A stretch of DNA of 64,000 bases, taken from assembly GCF_035594765.1 (NCBI RefSeq), contig NW_026943821.1, forward strand, positions 22,625,791 to 22,689,790, read 5' to 3'. The notes under the pieces are model-generated. The model saw nothing but the letters and a program-made list of their open reading frames with translations, had not been told where the DNA came from and searched no databases. The stretch is from Anolis carolinensis. Taxonomy: Eukaryota. The translations under genes were made by a program, and so were the position numbers. Below, piece by piece: positions 54,735 to 64,000 of this stretch; the first letter of the stretch is position 1, and every line of letters starts with the position of its first letter.

Positions 54735-57700
54735 GCCAAGGCCTTGGGTACATTTTTTAAAAATGATCATATTCCTCTTTGCAGGGGCCTTTAAAAGACT
54801 GACCAACTCAGGAAAAGGAGCCATGATCGGAGCGGGATTAGGAATCGGTAAGCGTTTAAGAGTCTATGAAGTGGACTTTGCGTATTTCCAAACACTTTGC
54901 TTACTTCCATGTACTCTGCGTACTTCCAAATACTTTGTGTCCTTCAATATAATTTGCATACTTCCCAATACTTTGCATACTTCCAAGCACTTTACGTACT
55001 TCCAAACACTTAGCATACTTCCCAATACTTTGCATACTTCCAAACACTTTGCGTACTTCCCAATAATTTGCGTACTTCCAAATACTTTGTCCTTCCAGAT
55101 ACTTTGTGTCCTTCCCAATGCTTTGTGTACTTCCAAATACTTTGCGTACTTCCAAATACTTTACGTACTTCCAAATACTTTGTGTTTTTCCAAATACTTT
55201 ACGTACTTCCCAATGCTTTGCATACTTCCAAATACTTTGTGTATTTCCAAATACTTTGTGTCCTTCCCAATGCTTTGCGTGCTTCCCAATACTTTGCATA
55301 CTTCCAAACACTTTGCATACTTCCAAATACTTTGTGTCCTTTCATATAATTTGCATACTTCCCAATACTTTGCATACTTCCAAATACTTTGTGTACTTCC
55401 ATATAATTTGCGTATTTCCAAAAACTGCGTACTTCCCAATACTTTGCGTACTTCCAAATATTTTGCACACTTCCAAATACTTTGCGTACTTCCATATAAT
55501 TTGCGTACTTCCCAATGCTTTGCGTACTTCCAAACACTTTGCATACTTCCTAATGTTTTGCATACTTCCAAATACTTTGTGTACTTCCAAATATTTTGCA
55601 CACTTCCCAATGCTTTGCGTACTTCCAAATACTTTGCGTACTTCCAAATATTTTGCACACTTCCAAATACTTTGCGTACTTCCATATAATTTGCGTACTT
55701 CCCAATGCTTTGCATACTTCCAAATACTTTGTGTATTTCCAAATACTTTGTGTCCTTCCCAATGCTTTGCGTGCTTCCCAATACTTTGCATACTTCCAAA
55801 TACTTTGTGTCCTTTCAAATACTTTGTGTACTTCCATATAATTAGCATACTTCCCAATGTTTTGCGTACTTCCAAATACTTTGCGTACTTCCATATAATT
55901 AGCATACTTCCCAATGTTTTGCGTACTTCCAAATACTTTGCCTACTTCCATATAATTTGCACACTTCCCAGTACTTTGCATACTTCCAAATACTTTGTGT
56001 ACTTCCATATAATTTGCATACTTCCCAATACTTTGCGTACTTCCCAATACTTTATGTACTTCCAAATATTTTGCACACTTCCCAATCCTTTGCGTACTTC
56101 CAAATACTTTGCGTACTTCCAAATATTTTGCACACTTCCCAATGCTTTGCGTACTTCCAAATACTTTGCGTACTTCCAAATATTTTGCACACTTTCAAAT
56201 ACTTTGCGTACTTCCATATAGTTAGCATACTTCCCAATGTTTTGCATACTTCCAAATACTTTGCATACTTCCAAATACTTTGCGTACTTCCCAATGCATT
56301 GCGTACTTCCAAATACTGTACTCCTTTGTTTCTCACCCTCCAGGCCTCACCGTCGTGGGGCTCCCTTTGGTGCTCGGAGCCGCGGGCTTCACCGGCGCAG
56401 GGATCGCGGCCGGTTCTCTTGCCGCCAAGATGATGTCGGCCACAGCGATTGCCAGCGGCGGTGCGGTTGCAGCCGGAAGCCCAGTGGCTGTCCTTCAGTC
56501 CGTTGGTAAGCCTTTGCTAGTTGAGCCGAATCAAGGCTGGACTGGGAATCCAAAGTCCAGAAGCCATAGTGTAGTGCAGGCCTTGGCAAACTTTGCCCCT
56601 CCAGGTGTTTTGGACTTCAACTCCCGTAATTCATAATAGCCGTTAGTTTGCCCATGCCTGGTGTCGTGGTTTGAGTGTTTCAACTATAACTAGGGAAACC
56701 AGATTTGAATCTCCTGGGAGATCTTACGAGAGTTGAATGAAAAGTAATGCCTCCACCTTCGTTATTTGGGTTTGGATAAGAATATTTTAATAAATCAAAT
56801 GCAGAAATAATCCTTAGAATGTGCTCTTTAACTACCACTATTTACTATTCTACGTAATCACCAGACAATTGGATACATTTCTGCCAACGATGAACAAGGT
56901 TTCTGAAGTTGTCACGGAAGAAGTCGACACTCTGTTTCCGCAACCGGCATCTCACAGAACCTATCGTGCACAGATCTTCCGATAGCCAAGCAAAGCAATA
57001 ATGTGACCCACACGTTCTTGTGAAATGCCGATTATGCTAGAAATTTCTCTCTTGAGTGATACGACGCTTGTCCTGAATCAATTTGACAACCTTTCACTTG
57101 TGAAACTCAGTGGTTCCTGTCACAGGACGTCCAACTCTTTGTTGGTCATGCAAGTCAGATGTTCCCACCTCAACATCTTTACTTGCCCAACAACAACACA
57201 ATCACCATAAACAGCTTGCATTCTCTGATGAATCTCCTTTGGGGTGACACCTTCTGCTGTCAAGAATTCAATGACTGCACGTTGCTTAAGTCGCATTGAC
57301 CAACCATCTGCACAGGGTTCCATACTTCGCGCTTTAACAACACAACCGTTCAATGCTAAGGCTTCCCCGTCTGCGCAGGGTTTCATACTTTGCACTTCAA
57401 CAACACAACCGTTCAATGCTAAGGCTTCCCCGTCTGTGCAGGCTTCCATACTTCGCACTTCAACAACACAACCATTCAATGCTAAGGCTTCCCCGTCTGC
57501 GCAGGGTTCCATACTTTGCACTTTAACAACACAACCGTTCAATGCTAAGGCTTCTCTGTCTCCACAGGGTTCCATACTTTGCACTTTAACAACACAACCG
57601 TTCAATTCTAAGGCTTCCCTGTCTCCACAGGGTTCCATATTTCGCACTTCAACAACACAACCGTTCAATGCTAAGTCTTCTCCGTCTGCGCAGGGTTCCA

Positions 57701-59028
57701 TACTTCCCGCTTTAACAACACAACCGTTCAATGCTAAGGCTTCCCGCCAAATGGAACTGTAGAGGAGAGTCTACTGAACAGGCCAATACCTGCCGCAGAC
57801 CAGGACTGCCATCTGTTGAGGAGTTACGAAGGTGGAGGCATTACTTTTCATTCAACCCTCGTAAATGGGTCACACTGTCTCAGCCTCGGAGGCAGGCACA
57901 TAATCTTGCCAGCCCTATGATAAGGTTGACTTAGGGTCACCAGAAACTTGCAAACACCAGCAGCAGGAAGAAAGGCTGGGGAAAAGGAGGGAGAGATGGA
58001 GACCCAATTGGAGTCACACACTCTCAGCCTCAGAGAAACATAGGTTTTCCTTCGGGTCAACATGAAGGCCTTGGAAACAAGCTGAAGGGCAAACAACAAC
58101 AGGAAGATAGCTGCCTTAGAGTTTCAGACTGGAAAAATAGATGGGTCGATAGATGGAGACCCACTGGTCAAGAGATAGATAGGATGACCTTAGGGTTGCT
58201 ATAAGTGACTTGCAAGCATCCAGCTCCTTGGGTTGCTTTGCCGAAAAGGACATAATATTATTCTTGAGGACGTCTGACCAAAGCAGAAGGGAGTGGGGCT
58301 AGGACTTTCCTCAATTTGAACACTAAACTAGTGATGCAGCCTAGGATCATATTGGCTTTTTTGTTGGGAGAGGATGATGGGTAGCAGAGTGTATTCCAAA
58401 ATCATCATCCCGGTCTCACCTCCTTCTCCAGACTGTCTTCCCATGTGGATAAACAGCACTGGTCAAACACACTCCAGCAGGCGAAGGTTCAGTTGAAAAT
58501 CCAACGGTTATAAAGCTTTATTTACATAACTATATACAAATAGAGCAATTCAGTCCTTCCTCCGTGAGTGCTCACGCCAAAGCAACCCACTCACACACTC
58601 TGAAGACACTCCTCTGCATTCCACAGGACAAGAAGAAAGTCCCGGTCAAACAAACTTGACCCCATTGGTCCTGTGATACGTCAATCATAGCAGGCTCTCA
58701 TTAACTCCATAACTACTGGAATGCCTTGCCGAAAACTAACACAGAAGGCATTTCTAACAACTCAGATTGATTTTAACATTTCACAATACACAATACCCTG
58801 ACACTTTTTAGCCGCTGCATCACACCGTCGACTCATGCTTAGTCTGAGATCTACACAGACCCCTAGATCCTGTGTTTTCAGGCGCCCAGCATCCTAAACT
58901 GCTGCTCTGCTTGTCTTTCAGGGGCAGCGGGACTCGCACTGAGCACCAAACTCGGGGTGACTGCGGCGACGGCCAGCGCTGGGGCAGCCATTGGGGCTGC
59001 AAAAAAGCCGAGCCCCCCGAAGCTCTAG
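51833..59028 (+). CDS. ISG12-family (IFI27/IFI27L2/IFI6-like) interferon-inducible protein, about 129 aa, 4 coding exons
   Basis: Exons 51833-51890 (least certain; alternative ATG 51863), 54785-54847, 56344-56505, 58922-59028; all phase-1 GT-AG junctions. Core [49 protein letters not shown] is the ISG12 motif. AATAAA at 59195-59200. Confidence 0.85.
52391..52844 (+). mobile_element. Non-autonomous hAT (same family as 18079-18769)
   Basis: TIRs CAGGGGTCCCCAAACT / AGTTTGGGGACCCCTG; perfect 8-bp TSD CAGTAGAG (52383-52390, 52845-52852). Confidence 0.85.
53964..54300 (-). mobile_element. Sauria SINE
   Basis: GGTAAAGGTAAA tail and body matching the other copies. Confidence 0.8.
54438..54690 (-). 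mobile_element. R4/Dong-clade non-LTR retrotransposon 3' end embedded in (TAA)n
   Basis: Minus-strand translation [54 protein letters not shown], which resembles the C-terminus of REL-endonuclease elements. (TTA)n on both sides. Shorter pieces at about 18345-18440 and 50545-50800. Confidence 0.7.
54875..56320. repeat. 19-bp minisatellite (ACTTCCAAATACTTTGCGT), roughly 75 copies, filling intron 2 of the ISG12-like gene
   Basis: Directly visible; produces 19-aa-periodic spurious ORFs in all frames. Confidence 0.92.
56727..57861 (-). mobile_element. Internally deleted mariner transposon with amplified 60-bp repeat
   Basis: ~36-bp TIRs CGAG(A/G)GTTGAATGAAAAGTAATGCCTCCACCTTCGT with TA at both ends (56725-56726, 57862-57863). 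Minus-strand transposase remnants [34 protein letters not shown] and ...[17 protein letters not shown]; the catalytic region is missing. Confidence 0.88.
57300..57747. repeat. 60-bp tandem repeat x about 7.5 inside the mariner
   Basis: Unit CAGGGTTCCATACTTCGCACTTTAACAACACAACCGTTCAATGCTAAGGCTTCCCCGTCTGCG-like. Confidence 0.9.
58362..58803 (-). mobile_element. Solo LTR (442 bp) inserted in a CR1-like fragment
   Basis: TGT...ACA termini, flanking direct repeat CTTTTT (58356-58361, 58804-58809), minus-strand AATAAA near 58517-58522; the flanks rejoin into a continuous CR1-like sequence. Confidence 0.65.
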
Positions 59029-59536
59029 GATCCATAGGATAACATTGGAAACATACAGATGGAAGTTATCTTGATGGTATCCTAGCAGGGCCTTTTCTGC
59101 ATCTGCCCCAATCACAACAGCCTTGTTGAATTTTGATGATTTCTTACAGTCGATCTTTGGGAAATCGACCATTCTATAAAAATTACAATGAATCAATAAA
59201 ACCACAAGGAGCAGCCAAGATTCTAGTCCACAAGGGGATTTGTGTGACTTGGTTGCCATTTCGGCCAAAGGAAAGGTGCTCGATTCCTTTCCAGCAACAT
59301 TCAGGGAAGACCACTGGGAGTTGTAGTTTGCAAGGTGCCAGGATCTTATAAAACTATATCTCCCAGGTTTCTATAGCATTAACTGGTGTCACACTGTATT
59401 GATTCTACAGTATAGATCAGGTATGGGTATAGATCCAGCCTTAATCAAAGGGTAAAATAAGTGTTGATGCAGTTCATAAATATGGCCACTTGGTGGCAGT
59501 GTAGGCTTATAAAATAACTGACCATAATAAATATCC

Positions 59537-59880
59537 TAAACTAAAGAGAGCAGATAATGCCTGAATTTGGAAACTAAGCAGGGTGAACCGTGGGTAGTAC
59601 TTGGATGGGATATCTTCAAATACCATCATCATCGTCATTAATATTATTGATATTATATTATTAAACTAAAGGGAGCAGATAATGCCTGAACTTGGAAACT
59701 AAGTAGGGTGGACCCTGGTTAGTACTTGGATGGGATATCTTCAAATACCATCATCATCGTCATTAATATTATTGATATTATATTATTAAACTAAAGGGAG
59801 CAGATAATGCCTGAACTTGGAAACTAAGCAGGGTGGACCGTGGTTAGTACTTGGATGGGATACCTTCAGATATTATCATT
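59537..59880 (+). repeat. Tandem triplication (125-bp unit) of a 5S rRNA-derived fragment
   Basis: Units at 59537, 59662, 59787; each contains GGAAACTAAG(C/T)AGGGTG(G/A)ACC(C/G)TGG(T/G)TAGTACTTGGATGGGA, similar to the 5S internal control region GGAAGCTAAGCAGGGTCGGGCCTGGTTAGTACTTGGATGGGAG. Not full-length 5S genes. Confidence 0.75.
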
Positions 59881-60695
59881 AATGTTAATATTATATTATT
59901 ATATTTATTTTTATTTTACTTTTTTTTCTCTTTTAATGAGACTCAAAGCGGATCAGATATGCCATTGAGTCAAGGAGAGACAATGAGAATGGGTTTTTCA
60001 CAGACGGAAGCAATTTCCTATAGGATCTCCACCAAAACGTTTATATATTATATATGTGTGTGTGTGTGTGTGTATACATATATTTTATATAGACACACAC
60101 ACACACACACACAGTAGAGTCTCGCTTATCCAAGCTAAATGGGTATATTATTATTACATAGTATTATATCATAATATTATTATTAATATAATATGTACTG
60201 TATATATATGTGTGTGTGTGTGTGTGTACATATATTTTATATATTATATATTTCTATATCTATCAATCATATATATATTTATTATAGTCGAAGCGAAGCC
60301 ACAACCATTGAGCAAAGCATCCCAGAAAACTGAGATGGGTTAGTAGACATATTATTAGTTAACTATCATATGATATAACAATATAATATATTACAAGTTG
60401 GATTTTCTATATATCATATGAACGTTCTTGTGTATGACATTTATTTACATGTGCGTATACATGCAATACACATAGCCTGCGGGTCATTTGATATAATATC
60501 TTTAATAACTTTGGAAATGGAGGTGTACTATTTATATATTTTGCATACAGTATATTATTAGCATGGCACAATATTAGTATTATATATTATTATATTGTAC
60601 TCTACTGCAATATTATTAGTAATATGACGTGTCATATATAATATCCAATTATTATATTATTATATATGTATTATTTTATTTCTTTGCTACATTTA

Positions 60696-60747
<52 letters not shown>

Positions 60748-61230
60748 TGCGACATTTATATACCGCCCTTCTCACCCCGAAGGGGACTCAGGGCGGTTTA
60801 CAAGTATATAAACATACAATATATTATATTATACAACTATATTGCAATATTATTAGTAATATTGCATGTAATATAAATATACAATTATAATAGTGAATTA
60901 TAATTATTATTACATTGTATTACAACATAATATTATATATCCCGCTCTTCTCACCCCGAAAGGGACTCAGAATGGCTTACAAATCAAATGAACGTACTAT
61001 ATATTATTAGCATAGGACAATATAAGCATTAAATTACTATATTGTACTATATAATTATATGGTAATATTATTAGTAATATTACATTTAATATATAATATA
61101 TAATTATTATTATAATATTATATTATTATTAGTATAATATTGTATTACATTATATTATTATCATATATATGTGTGTGTGTGTGTGTATATATATATATAA
61201 ATATCGTGTTGTCAAAGGCTGGATCACTCG

Positions 61231-61641
61231 ATTGCTGTGAGTTTTCCGGGCTGTCTGGCCATGTTCCGGAAGCATTCTCTCCTGACGTTTCGCCCAGATC
61301 TATGGCAGGCTTCCTCAGAGATTGTGAGATCTGGCAAGTGGGGTTTACATATCTATGGAATGTGGAATCAATCAGGGCCAGCTAACACCTTCCGACAAAG
61401 GATTCCCCCCAGGCAGGAAGCAGCCAGGCTTTGAAGCTGCAAGGCCATTCAATGCTAATCAAGGTGCCCAATGGCAACATTCACATTTGACTCAAACAAG
61501 AGTTCTTTCAACCACACTTACCTAGTTGGTTAGACCTAGACCTCACCACCTCTGAGGATGCCTGCCATAGATGTGGGCAAAACGTCAGGAGAGAATGCTT
61601 CTTGAACATGGCCAGACAGACTAGCAAACTCACAGCAACCT
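61231..61641. mobile_element. Penelope-like element pLTR pair in inverted orientation
   Basis: Minus-strand copy ~61231-61365 (hammerhead core 61281-61321) and plus-strand copy ~61370-61641 (core 61549-61589, with GAAA mutated to AAAA). Confidence 0.7.
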
Positions 61642-61799
61642 AATATAATATATATTTTGGAATTCCAGGTAAAGGATATTCAAATTTTATATATAAAGTA
61701 TGCGCAAACTTGGGCCCTACAGGTGTTTTCGACTGCAACTCCCACAATAACAATAGAAACAAAAAGCGAAAGCAACTGGTGGTGGTTTGGATTATTTTT

Positions 61800-62000
61800 G
61801 CTCCTCGCAGGATTCCGTAGCGCAAGGGGGTGTGGCCAAAGTGACACGTTTCCAAGTAGGCGCAGAATGCGTACCGCCGCGCCACGGTCTGGGGGCGTGG
61901 CCAAGGCCCTTAAAAGGGGCGTGGCGGAAGGGGATGTTCTTAAAGGGGCCGCGCGGCAGAATGAGGCCACATTGCCAAGGCGGAGCCGGTGGGGCTGCAG
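61800..62000 (+). promoter_or_regulatory. GC-box promoter and non-coding first exon of the next gene (GALE expected by synteny)
   Basis: Three GGGG(C/T)GTGGC Sp/KLF boxes, TTAAAA TATA-like motifs, CpG enrichment, strong donor CAG|GTAAG at 62000/62001. No coding exon is visible in the window. Confidence 0.55.
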
Positions 62001-62322
62001 GTAAGCCAGCCAGGTATGTGTGGTTGCATTTGCATATTCATGAGCATATGTTGGGCCTTCCTTATCCAATTTGGCATTTGGGATCTTTATGCAAATTCTG
62101 GAAAACATTGAAGCACCAGAAAGGTCTCCCTGAAATCTCAGCTTCCTTTGATTATATTTACATATTTTCAAAAATTTAGTGTGTGTTTTAATGCCAAGGT
62201 TTTATTTTAGAGTGTTTTAATCTTAGGTCTATGTCTTTTAATGCATGTGTTTTAATGGTCTTATGTTTCTCTGTGTATTTTAATTATATTGGATTAATAA
62301 TAATAATAATAATAATAATAAT

Positions 62323-62578
62323 TGGGTTGCTGTGAATTTTCCTGGCTGACTGGCCATGTTCCAAAAGCATTCTCTCCTGACGTTTCGCCCATATCTATGA
62401 CAAACATCCTCAGAGGTTTGTGAGGTCTGTTGGAAATTAGGCAAGTGGAAACTAGGCATTCTAGAGATACATAAACCCCACTTGCCTAGTTTCCAACACA
62501 CCTCACAACCTCTGAGGATGCCTGCCATAGATCTGGGCGAAACGTCAGGAGAGAATGCTTCTGGAACATGGCCATACA
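62323..62578. mobile_element. Penelope-like element pLTR inverted pair with two hammerhead cores
   Basis: Minus-strand core 62376-62416 and plus-strand core 62509-62549 (CCT-CTGAGGA-TGCCTGCCATAGATCTGGGC-GAAA-CGTC-AGG). Confidence 0.72.
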
Positions 62579-63440
62579 GATACATAAATCCCACTTGCCT
62601 AGTTTCCAGTATACCTCACAACCTCACAATATATGGTACATTTATTATTTTTCTCCATTATTGTTGCTACTATTACATTTATTTTACTCTATTTGTATTA
62701 TTATTTTTAATAGGTTTATTATTTCACTCCGATATTATTATTATATTTATTATTTTACTCTATTTATTATTACATGTATTATTTTCCTGTATTTATTATT
62801 ACTACAGTAGAGTCTCACTTATCCAAGCTAAACGGGCCAGCAGAAGCTTGGATAAGTGAATATCTTGGATAATAAGGAGGAATTAAGGAAAAACCTATTA
62901 AACATCAAATTAGGTTATGATTTTACAAATTAAGCACCAAAACATCATGTTATACAACAAATTTGACAGAAAAAATAGTTCAATACGCAGTAATGCTATG
63001 TTGTAATTACTGTATTTACGAATTTAGCACCAAAATATCATGATATATTGAAAACATTGACTACAAAAATGGCTTGGATAATCCAGAAGCTTGGAGAAGC
63101 GAGGATTGGATAAGTGAGACTCTACTGTATTATTATTACATGTATTATTTTACTCTATTATTATTAAAAGGATACATAAGCACATTTACACTGAAGAAGA
63201 TGAGAATCATGATTTGATCAGAATTGGACAGTCTTATCTTAAATTTGAGCTTTATGTAAATATTTGAAAAACATTTCACCTACTGATGCCTCAATTAATG
63301 TAATTTTATTGCTATCTGTTTTTATTTCTGAAATTTACCACCCTTGGCTTACACTGGAGTCAATGTTTTCCCAGGTTTTTTTTGTGATAAAATTAGGTGC
63401 CTCGGCTTATATTCGGGTCGGCTTATACTCGAGTATATAC

Positions 63441-63529
<89 letters not shown>

Positions 63530-64000
63530 GAGTCTCACTTATCCAAGCCTCACTTATCCAAGCCTCTGGATAATCCAAGCCATTTTTGTAGTCAATGTTT
63601 TCAATATATTGTGATATTTTGGTGCTAAATTCGTAAATACAGTAATTATTACATAGCATTACTGCGTATTAAACTACTTTTTCTGTCAAATTTGTTGTAT
63701 AACATGATATTTTGGTGCTTAATTTGTAAAATCATAACCTATTTTGATGTTTAATATGCTTTTCCTTAATCTCTCCTTATTATCCAAGATATTCGCTTAT
63801 CCAAGCTTCTGCCAGCCTGTTTATGTTGGATAAGTGAGACTCTACTGTATGTGTGTATATATATGTGTGTGTGTGTGTATCTACAGTAGAGTCTCACTTA
63901 TTCAAGCTAAATGGGCCGGCAGAACTTTCGCTTATCCAAAGCGAAAATGTTGGATAATAAGGAGGAGTTAAGGAAAAGCCTATTAAACATCAAATTAGGT

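Noticed and set aside
54571-56433. Multiple 100-370 aa ORFs on both strands
   Set aside because: Translations of the 19-bp minisatellite, periodic in every frame.
59537-59880. Functional 5S rRNA gene cluster
   Set aside because: Only the central ~55 nt resemble 5S, with several mismatches; the 5' end and T-run terminator are missing.

Overview
Vertebrate (squamate) genomic DNA, most likely an Anolis lizard. This is inferred from Sauria SINEs, 5S-derived SINE fragments, Penelope-like elements and the MITE content. Gene order: FABP10/liver-basic FABP (+), SRSF10 (+, with a U12-type AT-AC intron), PNRC2 (-), CNR2 (+), FUCA1 (+), HMGCL (+), an ISG12/IFI27/IFI6-family gene (+), then a GC-box promoter and first exon of a further gene (GALE expected by synteny, not verifiable here). 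The spliced models of all seven genes were read by hand and give intact frames. Introns and intergenic DNA are dense in Tc1/mariner and hAT MITEs, Sauria SINEs, Penelope, R4/Dong, CR1/L2 and Vingi-like LINE fragments, a solo LTR and several minisatellites. There is a 128-N gap at 35195-35322. Most interesting observations: (1) a 169-bp x 5.5 tandem array in FUCA1 intron 1 in which every unit carries a minimal type-I hammerhead ribozyme core on the minus strand (retrozyme-like), with more intact cores elsewhere in the window; (2) a TAG where mammalian SRSF10 has Trp, with the old 8-residue tail still encoded behind it; (3) an ISG12-family gene directly after HMGCL with an ISRE-like/AP-1 promoter and a C-terminal PKL; (4) two independent hAT insertions exactly into the terminal 8 bp of the same MITE family.
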